The notes beneath the pieces were generated by a model. The model saw only the letters and a list, made by a program, of their open reading frames with translations, did no database searches and was not told where the DNA came from. A DNA stretch of 64,000 bases from Balanoglossus misakiensis (Eukaryota; Animalia; Hemichordata), in NCBI GenBank assembly GCA_040954595.2, contig CM082591.2, positions 10,929,309 through 10,993,308 of the forward strand. The letters run 5' to 3'. The translations under genes were made by a program, and so were the position numbers. How positions within the stretch are numbered: the first letter of the stretch is position 1; the number at the start of each line of letters is the position of its first letter. Of the stretch, positions 27,735 to 41,656 are shown piece after piece.

Positions 27735-30700
27735 CTAGTTTAAAACTTTCTTATGCGCATAGACCTATCATGTGTTCTGCGCATCACAACAGAATTTTGT
27801 AAACAAACGAGGCTGTGTTTGGAAGCAACCATGGAAACTTTACAACTATCCGTCGATCTAGAGAGTCTAGAGGAAAACTTTCTTATGTGCATAGGTCTAT
27901 CATGTGTTCTGCGCATCACTACATAATTTTGAAAACAATCGAGGCTGTGTTTGGAAGAAACCATGGAAACTTTAGAACTATCCGTCGATCTACAGAGTCT
28001 AGTGGAAAACTTTCTTAGGCGCATAGGCCTATCATGTTTTCTGCGCATCACAACAGAATTTTGAAAACAAACGAGGCTGTGTTTGGAAGCAACCATGGAA
28101 ACTTTAGAACTATCCGTCGATCGACAGAGTCTAGTGGAAAACTTTCTTATGTGCATAGGTCTATCATGTGTTCTGCGCATCACTACATAATTTTGAAAAC
28201 AATCGAGGCTGTGTTTGGAAGCAACCATGGAAACTTTAGAACTATCCGTCGATCTACAGAGTCTAGTGGAAAACTTTCTTAGGCGCATAGGCCTATCATG
28301 TTTTCTGCGCATCACAACAGAATTTTGAAAACAAACGAGGCTGTGTTTGGAAGCAACCATGGAAACTTTAGAACTATCCGTCGATCGACAGAGTCTAGTG
28401 GAAAACTTTCTTATGTGCATAGGTCTATCATGTGTTCTGCGCATCACTACATAATTTTGAAAACAATCGAGGCTGTGTTTGGAAGCAACCATGGAAACTT
28501 TAGAACTATCCGTCGATCTACAGAGTCTAGTGGAAAACTTTCGTATGCGCATAGGCCTATCATGTTTTCTGCGCATCACAACAGAATTTTGTAAACAAAC
28601 GAGGCTGTGTTTGGAAGCAACCATGGAAACTTAAGAACTATCCGTCGATCGACAGAGTCTAGTTTAAAACTTTCTTATGCGCATAGACCTATCATGTGTT
28701 CTGCGCATCACAACAGAATTTTGTAAACAAACGAGGCTGTGTTTGGAAGCAACCATGGAAACTTTACAACTATCCGTCGATCGACAGAGTCTAGTGGAAA
28801 ACTTTCTTATGTGCATAGGTCTATCATGTGTTCTGCGCATCACTACATAATTTTGAAAACAATCGAGGCTGTGTTTGGAAGCAACCATGGAAACTTTAGA
28901 ACTATCCGTCGATCTACAGAGTCTAGTGGAAAACTTTCTTATGCGCATAGGCCTATCATGTTTTCTGCGCATCACAACAGAATTTTGTAAACAAACGAGG
29001 CTGTGTTTGGAAGCAACCATGGAAACTTTAGAACTATCCGTCGATCTACAGAGTCTAGTGGAAAACTTTCTTATGCGCATAGACCTATCATGTGTTCTGC
29101 GCATCACAACAGAATTTTGTAAACAAACGAGGCTGTGTTTGGAAGCAACCATGGAAACTTTATAACTATCCGTCGATCTACAGAGTCTAGTGGAAAACTT
29201 TCTTATCCTCATAGGCCTATCATGTGTTCTGCGCATCACAACAGAATTTTGTAAACAAACGAGGCTGTGTTCGGAAGCAACCATGGAAACTTTAGAACTA
29301 TCCGTCGATCTACAGAGTCTAGTGGAAAACTTTCTTATGCGCATAGGCCTATCATGTGTTCTGCGCATCACAACATATTTCCTTAAATAAACGAGGCTGT
29401 GTTTGGAAGCAACCATGGAAATTTTAGAACTATCCGTCGATCTACAGAGTCTAGTGGAAAACTTTCTTATGCGCATAGGCCTATCATGTTTTCTGCGCAT
29501 CACAACAGAATTTTGTAAACAAACGAGGCTGTGTTTGGAAGCAACCATGGAAACTTTAGAACTATCCGTCGATCGACAGAGTCTAGTGGAAAACTTTCTT
29601 ATGCGCATAGACCTATCATGTGTTCTGCGCATCACAACAGAATTTTGTAAACAAACGAGGCTGTGTTTGGAAGCAACCATGGAAACTTTACAACTATCCG
29701 TCGATCTACAGAGTCTAGAGGAAAACTTTCTTATGTGCATAGGTCTATCATGTGTTCTGCGCATCACTACATAATTTTGAAAACAATCGAGGCTGTGTTT
29801 GGAAGAAACCATGGAAACTTTAGAACTATCCGTCGATCTACAGAGTCTAGTGGAAAACTTTCTTAGGCGCATAGGCCTATCATGTTTTCTGCGCATCACA
29901 ACAGAATTTTGAAAACAAACGAGGCTGTGTTTGGAAGCAACCATGGAAACTTTAGAACTATCCGTCGATCGACAGAGTCTAGTGGAAAACTTTCTTATGT
30001 GCATAGGTCTATCATGTGTTCTGCGCATCACTACATAATTTTGAAAACAATCGAGGCTGTGTTTGGAAGCAACCATGGAAACTTTAGAACTATCCGTCGA
30101 TCTACAGAGTCTAGTGGAAAACTTTCTTATGCGCATAGGCCTATCATGTTTTCTGCGCATCACAACAGAATTTTGTAAACAAACGAGGCTGTGTTTGGAA
30201 GCAACCATGGAAACTTTAGAACTATCCGTCGATCGACAGAGTCTAGTTTAAAACTTTCTTATGCGCATAGACCTATCATGTGTTCTGCGCATCACAACAG
30301 AATTTTGTAAACAAACGAGGCTGTGTTTGGAAGCAACCATGGAAACTTTACAACTATCCGTCGATCGACAGAGTCTAGTGGAAAACTTTCTTATGTGCAT
30401 AGGTCTATCATGTGTTCTGCGCATCACTACATAATTTTGAAAACAATCGAGGCTGTGTTTGGAAGCAACCATGGAAACTTTAGAACTATCCGTCGATCTA
30501 CAGAGTCTAGTGGAAAACTTTCTTATGCGCATAGGCCTATCATGCTTTCTGCGCATCACAACAGAATTTTGTAAACAAACGAGGCTGTGTTTGGAAGCAA
30601 CCATGGAAACTTTAGAACTATCCGTCGATCGACAGAGTCTAGTTTAAAACTTTCTTATGCGCATAGACCTATCATGTGTTCTGCGCATCACAACAGAATT

Positions 30701-33700
30701 TTGTAAACAAACGAGGCTGTGTTTGGAAGCAACCATGGAAACTTTAGAACTATCCGTCGATCTACAGAGTCTAGAGGAAAACTTTCTTATGTGCATAGGT
30801 CTATCATGTGTTCTGCGCATCACTACATAATTTTGAAAACAATCGAGGCTGTGTTTGGAAGAAACCATGGAAACTTTAGAACTATCCGTCGATCTACAGA
30901 GTCTAGTGGAAAACTTTCTTATGCGCATAGGCCTATCATGTTTTCTGCGCATCACAACAGAATTTTGTAAACAAACGAGGCTGCTTTTGGAAGCAACCAT
31001 GGAAACTTTAGAACTATCCGTCGATCGACAGAGTCTAGTTTAAAACTTTCTTATGCGCATAGACCTATCATGTGTTCTGCGAATCACAACAGAATTTTGT
31101 AAACAAACGAGGCCGTGTTTCGAAGCAACCATGGAAACTTTAGAACTATCCGTCGATCTACAGAGTCTAGAGGAAAACTTTCTTATCCTCATAGGCCTAT
31201 CATGTGTTCTGCGCATCACAACAGAATTTTGTAAACAAACGAGGCTGTGTTTGGAAGCAACCATGGAAACTTTAGAACTATCCGTCGATCTACAGAGTCT
31301 AGTGGAAAACTTTCTTATGCGCATAGACCTATCATGTGTTCTGCGAATCACAACAGAATTTTGTAAACAAACGAGGCTGTGTTTCGAAGCAACTATGGAA
31401 ACTTTATAACTATCCGTCGATCTATAGAGTCCAGTGGAAAACTTTCTTATCCTCATAGGGCGATCATGTGTTCTGCGCATCACAACAGAATTTTGTAAAC
31501 AAACGAGGCTGTGTTCGGAAGCAACCATGGAAACTTTAGAACTATCCGTCGATCTACAGAGTCTAGTGGAAAACTTTCTTATGCGCATAGGCCTATCATG
31601 TGTTCTGCGCATCACAACATATTTCCTTAAATAAACGAGGCTGTGTTTGGAAGCAACCATGGAAATTTTAGAACTATCCGTCGATCTACAGAGTCTAGTG
31701 GAAAACTTTCTTATGCGCATAGGCCTATCATGTTTTCTGCGCATCACAACAGAATTTTGTAAACAAACGAGGCTGTGTTTGGAAGCAACCATGGAAACTT
31801 TAGAACTATCCGTCGATCGACAGAGTCTAGTTTAAAACTTTCTTATGCGCATAGACCTATCATGTGTTCTGCGCATCACAACAGAATTTTGTAAACAAAC
31901 GAGGCTGTGTTTGGAAGCAACCATGGAAACTTTACAACTATCCGTCGATCTACAGAGTCTAGTGGAAAACTTTCTTATGCGCATAGGCCTATCATGTTTT
32001 CTGCGCATCACAACAGAATTTTGTAAACAAACGAGGCTGTGTTTGGAAGCAACCATGGAAACTTTAGAACTATCCGTCGATCGACAGAGTCTAGTTTAAA
32101 ACTTTCTTATGCGCATAGACCTATCATGTGTTCTGCGCATCACAACAGAATTTTGTAAACAAACGAGGCTGTGTTTGGAAGCAACCATGGAAACTTTACA
32201 ACTATCCGTCGATCGACAGAGTCTAGTGGAAAACTTTCTTATGTGCATAGGTCTATCATGTGTTCTGCGCATCACTACATAATTTTGAAAACAATCGAGG
32301 CTGTGTTTGGAAGCAACCATGGAAACTTTAGAACTATCCGTCGATCTACAGAGTCTAGTGGAAAACTTTCTTATGCGCATAGGCCTACCATGTTTTCTGC
32401 GCATCACAACAGAATTTTGTAAACAAACGAGGCTGTGTTTGGAAGCAACCATGGAAACTTTAGAACTATCCGTCGATCGACAGAGTCTAGTTTAAAACTT
32501 TCTTATGCGCATAGACCTATCATGTGTTCTGCGCATCACAACAGAATTTTGTAAACAAACGAGGCTGTGTTTGGAAGCAACCATGGAAACTTTCCAACTA
32601 TCCGTCGATCTACAGAGTCTAGAGGAAAACTTTCTTATGTGCATAGGTCTATCATGTGTTCTGCGCATCACTACATAATTTTGAAAACAATCGAGGCTGT
32701 GTTTGGAAGAAACCATGGAAACTTTAGAACTATCCGTCGATCTACAGAGTCTAGTGGAAAACTTTCTTATGCGCATAGACCTATCATGTGTTCTGCGCAT
32801 CACAACAGAATTTTGTAAACAAACGAGGCTGTGTTTGGAAGCAACCTTTTAGAACTATCCGTCATCCGTCATGGACATTTTAGAACTATCCGTTGATCTA
32901 CCGAGTCTATCAGAAAACTTTCTCATGCGCATAGGTCTATCGTGTGTTCTGCGCATCACAACAGATTTCCTCAAATAAACGAGGCTGTGTTTGGAAGCAA
33001 CCATGGACATTTTTGAACTATCCGTCGATCTACTGAGTCTAGTGGAAAACTTTCTTATGCGCATAGGCCTATCTATGCGTTCTGCGCATCACAACAGAAT
33101 TCGGTAAATAAACGAGGGTGTGTTTGGAAGCAACCATGGAAACTTTAGAACTATCCGTCGATCTACAGAGTCTAGTGGAAAACTTTCTTATGCGCATAGA
33201 CCTATCATGTGTTCTGCGCATCACAACAGAATTTTGTAAACAAACGAGGCTGTGTTTGGAAGCAACCATGGAAACTTTATAACTATCCGTCGATCTACAG
33301 AGTCTAGTGGAAAACTTTCTTATCCTCATAGGCCTATCATGTGTTCTGCGCATCACAACAGAATTTTGTAAACAAACGAGGCTGTGTTCGGAAGCAACCA
33401 TGGAAACTTTAGAACTATCCGTCGATCTACAGAGTCTAGTGGAAAACTTTCTTATGCGCATAGGCCTATCATGTGTTCTGCGCATCACAACATATTTCCT
33501 TAAATAAACGAGGCTGTGTTTGGAAGCAACCATGGAAATTTTAGAACTATCCGTCGATCTACAGAGTCTAGTGGAAAACTTTCTTATGCGCATAGGCCTA
33601 TCATGTTTTCTGCGCATCACAACAGAATTTTGTAAACAAACGAGGCTGTGTTTGGAAGCAACCATGGAAACTTTAGAACTATCCGTCGATCGACAGAGTC

Positions 33701-36700
33701 TAGTTTAAAACTTTCTTATGCGCATAGACCTATCATGTGTTCTGCGCATCACAACAGAATTTTGTAAACAAACGAGGCTGTGTTTGGAAGCAACCATGGA
33801 AACTTTACAACTATCCGTCGATCTACAGAGTCTAGAGGAAAACTTTCTTATGTGCATAGGTCTATCTTGTGTTCTGCGCATCACTACATAATTTTGAAAA
33901 CAATCGAGGCTGTGTTTGGAAGAAACCATGGAAACTTTAGAACTATCCGTCGATCTACAGAGTCTAGTGGAAAACTTTCTTAGGCGCATAGGCCTATCAT
34001 GTTTTCTGCGCATCACAACAGAATTTTGAAAACAAACGAGGCTGTGTTTGGAAGCAACCATGGAAACTTTAGAACTATCCGTCGATCGACAGAGTCTAGT
34101 GGAAAACTTTCTTATGTGCATAGGTCTATCATGTGTTCTGCGCATCACTACATAATTTTGAAAACAATCGAGGCTATGTTTGGAAGCAACCATGGAAACT
34201 TTAGAACTATCCGTCGATCTACAGAGTCTAGTGGAAAACTTTCTTATGCGCATAGGCCTATCATGTTTTCTGCGCATCACAACAGAATTTTGTAAACAAA
34301 CGAGGCTGTGTTTGGAAGCAACCATGGAAACTTTACAACTATCCGTCGATCTACAGAGTCTAGAGGAAAACTTTCTTATGTGCATAGGTCTATCTTGTGT
34401 TCTGCGCATCACTACATAATTTTGAAAACAATCGAGGCTGTGTTTGGAAGAAACCATGGAAACTTTAGAACTATCCGTCGATCTACAGAGTCTAGTGGAA
34501 AACTTTCTTAGGCGCATAGGCCTATCATGTTTTCTGCGCATCACAACAGAATTTTGAAAACAAACGAGGCTGTGTTTGGAAGCAACCATGGAAACTTTAG
34601 AACTATCCGTCGATCGACAGAGTCTAGTGGAAAACTTTCTTATGTGCATAGGTCTATCATGTGTTCTGCGCATCACTACATAATTTTGAAAACAATCGAG
34701 GCTATGTTTGGAAGCAACCATGGAAACTTTAGAACTATCCGTCGATCTACAGAGTCTAGTGGAAAACTTTCTTATGCGCATAGGCCTATCATGTTTTCTG
34801 CGCATCACAACAGAATTTTGTAAACAAACGAGGCTGTGTTTGGAAGCAACCATGGAAACTTTAGAACTATCCGTCGATCGACAGAGTCTAGTTTAAAACT
34901 TTCTTATGCGCATAGACCTATCATGTGTTCTGCGCATCACAACAGAATTTTGTAAACAAACGAGGCTGTGTTTGGAAGCAACCATGGAAACTTTACAACT
35001 ATCCGTCGATCGACAGAGTCTAGTGGAAAACTTTCTTATGTGCATAGGTCTATCATGTGTTCTGCGCATCACTACATAATTTTGAAAACAATCGAGGCTG
35101 TGTTTGGAAGCAACCATGGAAACTTTAGAACTATCCGTCGATCTACAGAGTCTAGTGGAAAACTTTCTTATGCGCATAGGCCTACCATGTTTTCTGCGCA
35201 TCACAACAGAATTTTGTAAACAAACGAGGCTGTGTTTGGAAGCAACCATGGAAACTTTAGAACTATCCGTCGATCGACAGAGTCTAGTTTAAAACTTTCT
35301 TATGCGCATAGACCTATCATGTGTTCTGCGCATCACAACAGAATTTTGTAAACAAACGAGGCTGTGTTTGGAAGCAACCATGGAAACTTTCCAACTATCC
35401 GTCGATCTACAGAGTCTAGAGGAAAACTTTCTTATGTGCATAGGTCTATCATGTGTTCTGCGCATCACTACATAATTTTGAAAACAATCGAGGCTGTGTT
35501 TGGAAGAAACCATGGAAACTTTAGAACTATCCGTCGATCTACAGAGTCTAGTGGAAAACTTTCTTATGCGCATAGGCCTATCATGTTTTCTGCGCATCAC
35601 AACAGAATTTTGTAAACAAACGAGGCTGTTTTTGGAAGCAACCATGGAAACTTTAGAACTATCCGTCGATCGACAGAGTCTAGTTTAAAACTTTCTTATG
35701 CGCATAGACCTATCATGTGTTCTGCGCATCACAACAGAATTTTGTAAACAAACGAGGCCGTGTTTCGAAGCAACCATGGAAACTTTAGAACTATCCGTCG
35801 ATCTACAGAGTCTAGTGGAAAACTTTCTTATGCGCATAGACCTATCATGTGTTCTGCGCATCACAACAGAATTTTGTAAACAAACGAGGCTGTGTTTGGA
35901 AGCAACCATGGAAACTTTACAACTATCCGTCGATCTACAGAGTCTAGAGGAAAACTTTCTTATGTGCATAGGTCTATCATGTGTTCTGCGCTTCACTACA
36001 TAATTTTGAAAACAATCGAGGCTGTGTTTGGAAGAAACCATGGAAACTTTAGAACTATCCGTCGATCTACAGAGTCTAGTGGAAAACTTTCTCATGCGCA
36101 TAGGCCTATCATGTTTTCTGCGCATCACAACAGAATTTTGTAAACAAACGAGGCTGTTTTTGGAAGCAACCATGGAAACTTTAGAACTATCCGTCGATCG
36201 ACAGAGTCTAGTTTAAAACTTTCTTATGCGCATAGACCTATCATGTGTTCTGCGCATCACAACAGAATTTTGTAAACAAACGAGGCCGTGTTTCGAAGCA
36301 ACCATGGAAACTTTAGAACTATCCGTCGATCTACAGAGTCTAGTGGAAAACTTTCTTATGCGCATAGGCCTATCATGTTTTCTGCGCATCACAACAGAAT
36401 TTTGTAAACAAACGAGGCTGTGTTTGGAAGCAACCATGGAAACTTTAGAACTATCCGTCGATCGACAGAGTCTAGTTTAAAACTTTCTTATGCGCATAGA
36501 CCTATCATGTGTTCTGCGCATCACAACAGAATTTTGTAAACAAACGAGGCTGTGTTTGGAAGAAACCATGGAAACTTTAGAACTATCCGTCGATCTACAG
36601 AGTCTAGTGGAAAACTTTCTTATGCGCATAGGCCTATCATGTTTTCTGCGCATCACAACAGAATTTTGTAAACAAACGAGGCTGTTTTTGGAAGCAACCA

Positions 36701-38465
36701 TGGAAACTTTAGAACTATCCGTCGATCGACAGAGTCTAGTTTAAAACTTTCTTATGCGCATAGACCTATCATGTGTTCTGCGCATCACAACAGAATTTTG
36801 TAAACAAACGAGGCCGTGTTTCGAAGCAACCATGGAAACTTTAGAACTATCCGTCGATCTACAGAGTCTAGTGGAAAACTTTCTTATGCGCATAGGCCTA
36901 TCATGTTTTCTGCGCATCACAACAGAATTTTGTAAACAAACGAGGCTGTGTTTGGAAGCAACCATGGAAACTTTAGAACTATCCGTCGATCGACAGAGTC
37001 TAGTTTAAAACTTTCTTATGCGCATAGACCTATCATGTGTTCTGCGCATCACAACAGAATTTTGTAAACAAACGAGGCTGTGTTTGGAAGCAACCATGGA
37101 ATCTTTACAACTATCCGTCGATCTACAGAGTCTAGAGGAAAACTTTCTTATGTGCATAGGTCTATCATGTGTTCTGCGCTTCACTACATAATTTTGAAAA
37201 CAATCGAGGCTGTGTTTGGAAGAAACCATGGAAACTTTAGAACTATCCGTCGATCTACAGAGTCTAGTGGAAAACTTTCTCATGCGCATAGGCCTATCAT
37301 GTTTTCTGCGCATCACAACAGAATTTTGTAAACAAACGAGGCTGTTTTTGGAAGCAACCATGGAAACTTTAGAACTATCCGTCGATCGACAGAGTCTAGT
37401 TTAAAACTTTCTTATGCGCATAGACCTATCATGTGTTCTGCGCATCACAACATAATTTTGTAAACAAACGAGGCTGTGTTTGGAAGCAACCATGGAAACT
37501 TTAGAACTATCCGTCGATCGACAGAGTCTAGTTTAAAACTTTCTTATGCGCATAGACCTATCATGTGTTCTGCGCATCACAACAGAATTTTGTAAACAAA
37601 CGAGGCTGTGTTTGGAAGAAACCATGGAAACTTTAGAACTATCCGTCGATCTACAGAGTCTAGTGGAAAACTTTCTTATGCGCATAGGCCTATCATGTTT
37701 TCTGCGCATCACAACAGAATTTTGTAAACAAACGAGGCTGTTTTTGGAAGCAACCATGGAAACTTTAGAACTATCCGTCGATCGACAGAGTCTAGTTTAA
37801 AACTTTCTTATGCGCATAGACCTATCATGTGTTCTGCGCATCACAACAGAATTTTGTAAACAAACGAGGCCGTGTTTCGAAGCAACCATGGAAACTTTAG
37901 AACTATCCGTCGATCTACAGAGTCTAGTGGAAAACTTTCTTATGCGCATAGGCCTATCATGTTTTCTGCGCATCACAACAGAATTTTGTAAACAAACGAG
38001 GCTGTGTTTGGAAGCAACCATGGAAACTTTAGAACTATCCGTCGATCGACAGAGTCTAGTTTAAAACTTTCTTATGCGCATAGACCTATCATGTGTTCTG
38101 CGCATCACAACAGAATTTTGTAAACAAACGAGGCTGTGTTTGGAAGCAACCATGGAATCTTTACAACTATCCGTCGATCTACAGAGTCTAGAGGAAAACT
38201 TTCTTATGTGCATAGGTCTATCATGTGTTCTGCGCTTCACTACATAATTTTGAAAACAATCGAGGCTGTGTTTGGAAGAAACCATGGAAACTTTAGAACT
38301 ATCCGTCGATCTACAGAGTCTAGTGGAAAACTTTCTCATGCGCATAGGCCTATCATGTTTTCTGCGCATCACAACAGAATTTTGTAAACAAACGAGGCTG
38401 TTTTTGGAAGCAACCATGGAAACTTTAGAACTATCCGTCGATCGACAGAGTCTAGTTTAAAACTT
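27735..38465. repeat. Satellite domain marked by the GTTTAAAA variant (replacing GTGGAAAA), with short 1-12 monomer periodicities
   Basis: TCTAGTTTAAAACTTT occurs about 21 times between 27740 and 38460 and was not seen elsewhere. It co-occurs with the CACTACATAATTTTGAAAACAATCG monomer type. Confidence 0.85.
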
Positions 38466-41230
38466 TCTTATGCGCATAGACCTATCATGTGTTCTGCGAA
38501 TCACAACAGAATTTTGTAAACAAACGAGGCTGTGTTTCGAAGCAACTATGGAAACTTTAGAACTATCCGTCGATCTATAGAGTCCAGTGGAAAACTTTCT
38601 TATCCTCATAGGGCTATCATGTGTTCTGCGCATCACAACAGAATTTTGTAAACAAACGAGGCTGTGTTTGGAAGCAACCATGGAAACTTTAGAACTATCC
38701 GTCGATCTACAGAGTCTAGTGGAAAACTTTCTTATGCGCATAGGCCTATCATGTGCTCTGCGCATCACAACTGATTTCCTTAAATAACCGAGGCTGTGTT
38801 TGGAAGCATCCATGGAAATTTTAGAACTATCCGTCGATCTACCGAGTCTAGAGGAAAACTTTCTTATCCTTATAGGCCTATCATGTGTTCTGCGCATCAC
38901 AACAGAATTTTGTAAACAAACGAGGCTGTGTTTGGAAGCAACCATGGAAACTTTAGAACTATCCGTCGATCTACAGAGTCTAGTGGAAAACTTTCTTATG
39001 CGCATAGACCTATCATGTGTTCTGCGAATCACAACATAATTTTGTAAACAAACGAGGCTGTGTTTCGAAGCAACCATGGAAACTTTAGAACTATCCGTCG
39101 ATCTATAGAGTCCAGTGGAAAACTTTCTTATCCTCATAGGGCTATCATGTGTTCTGCGCATCACAACAGAATTTTGTAAACAAACGAGGCTGTGTTTGGA
39201 AGCAACAATGGAAACTTTAGAACTATCCGTCGATCTACAGAGTCTAGTGGAAAACTTTCTTATGCGCATAGACCTATCATGTGTTCTGCGCATCACAACA
39301 GAATTTTGTAAACAAACGAGGCTGTGTTTGGAAGCAACCATGGAAACTTTAGAACTATCCGTCGATCTACAGAGTCTAGTGGAAAACTTTCTTATGCGCA
39401 TAGACCTATCATGTGTTCTGCGCATCACAACAGAATTTTCTAAACAAACGAGGCTGTGTTTGGAAGCAACCATGGAAACTTTAGAACTATCCGTCGATCT
39501 ACAGAGTCTAGTGGAAAACTTTCTGATCCTCATAGGGCTATCATGTGTTCTGCGCATCACAACAGAATTTTGTAAACAAACGAGGCTGTGTTTGGAAGCA
39601 ACCATGGAAACTTTAGAACTATCCGTCGATCTACAGAGTCTAGTGGAAAACTTTCTTATGCGCATAGACCTATCATGTGTTCTGCGCATCACAACAGAAT
39701 TTTCTAAACAAACGAGGCTGTGTTTGGAAGCAACCATGGAAACTTTAGAACTATCCGTCGATCTACAGAGTCTAGTGGAAAACTTTCTTATGCGCATAGG
39801 CCTATCATGTGCTCTGCGCATCACAACTGATTTCCTTAAATAACCGAGGCTGTGTTTGGAAGTATCCATGGAAATTTTAGAACTATCCGTCGATCTACCG
39901 AGTCTATCAGAAAACTTTCTCATGCGCATAGGTCTATCGTGTGTTCTGCGCATCACAACAGATTTCCTCAAATAAACGAGGCTGTGTTTGGAAGCAACCA
40001 TGGAAATTTTAGAACTATCCGTCGATCTACTGAGTCTAGTGGAAAACTTTCTTATGCGCATAGGCCTATCTATGTGTTCTGCGCATCACAACAGATTTCC
40101 TTAAATAAACGAGGCTGTGTTTGGAAGCAACCATGGAAATTTTAGAACTATCCGTCGATCTACAGAGTCTAGTGGAAAACTTTCTTATGTGCATAGGTCT
40201 ATCATGTGTTTTGCGCATCACAACATAATTTTGAAAACAATCGAGGCTGTGTTTGGGAGCAACCATGGAAACTTTAGAACTATCCGTCGATCTACAGAGT
40301 CTAGTGGAAAACTTTCCTATGCGCATAGGCCTATCATGTTTTCTGCGCATCACAACAGAATTCGGTAAATAAACGAGGGTGTGTTTGGAAGCAACCATGG
40401 AAACTTTAGAACTATCCGTCGATCGACAGAGTCTAGTGGAAAACTTTCTTATGCGCATAGACCTATCATGTGTTCTGCGCATCACAACAGAATTTTGTAA
40501 ACAAACGAGGCTGTGTTTGGAAGCAACCATGGAAACTTTACAACTATCCGTCGATCTACAGAGTCTAGAGGCAAACTTTCTTATCCTCATAGACCTATCA
40601 TGTGTTCTGCGCATCACAACAGAATTTTGTAAACAAACGAGGCTGTGTTTGGAAGCAACAATGGAAACTTTACAACTATCCGTCGATCTACAGAGTCTAG
40701 TGGAAAACTTTCTTATGCTCATAGACCTATCATGTGTTCTGCGCATCACAACAGAATTTTGTAAACAAACGAGGCTGTGTTTGGAAGCAACCATGGAAAC
40801 TTTACAACTATCCGTCGATCTACAGAGTCTAGTGGAAAATTTTCTTATGCGCATAGACCTATCATGTGTTCTGCGCATCACAACAGAATTTTGTAAACAA
40901 ACGAGGCTGTGTTTGGAAGCAACCATGGAAACTTTACAACTATCCGTCGATCTACAGAGTCTAGTGGAAAACTTTCTTATGCGCATAGACCTATCATGTG
41001 TTCTGCGCATCACAACAGAATTTTGTAAAGAAACGAGGCTGTGTTTGGAAGCAACCATGGAAACTTTACAACTATCCGTCGATCTACAGAGTCTAGTGGA
41101 AAATTTTCTTATGCGCATAGACCTATCATGTGTTCTGCGCATCACAACAGAATTTTGTAAACAAACGAGGCTGTGTTTGGAAGCAACCATGGAAACTTTA
41201 CAACTATCCGTCGATCTACAGAGTCTAGTG

Positions 41231-41656
41231 TAGTCTCGGTTACCCAGAGCCCTCTGCTTCTTCCGTTAGGCACTCCAGAAAGAGGGTCTGAGGAAACCCG
41301 GTAGACTAACCGTCAGGCGGAATCGGGACAGCTGCGATGCATGACGGGAGATTAATATTCCAAAATGGCGACGTCCTGCGCGCGAACCCACGGCCGACAT
41401 GTATGACATACGATAAAGAAAACATGCTGAGAAGTGCTAGACCTGCTAAAACTGTATACAAATTGAAAAGAGAGAGAGAAGTTCGGTAAATAGTTTTCTA
41501 ATATCGACATATCATAATATCGTATCGAATATTAATCTCCCGTCATGCATCGCAGCTGTCCCGATTCCGCCTGACGGTTAGTCTACCGGGTTTCCCCAGA
41601 CCCTCTTTCTGGAGTGCCTAACGGAAGAAGCAGAGGGCTCTGGGTAACCGAGACTA
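41231..41656. mobile_element. Non-autonomous DNA transposon (MITE-like), 426 bp, with 130-bp terminal inverted repeats and 9-bp TSD; AcademH- or Mutator-like
   Basis: 41231-41360 is the reverse complement of 41527-41656 with 1 mismatch. The termini are TAGTCT...AGACTA. The direct repeat AGTCTAGTG flanks it at 41222-41230 and 41657-41665. The 166-bp core has no transposase ORF. The superfamily is inferred only from TSD length and termini. Confidence 0.95.

Noticed and set aside
41231-41656. Structured ncRNA gene or rho-independent terminator
   Set aside because: The long hairpin is fully explained by transposon TIRs with a TSD and an empty paralogous site. No tRNA, rRNA or snRNA motifs were recognised.
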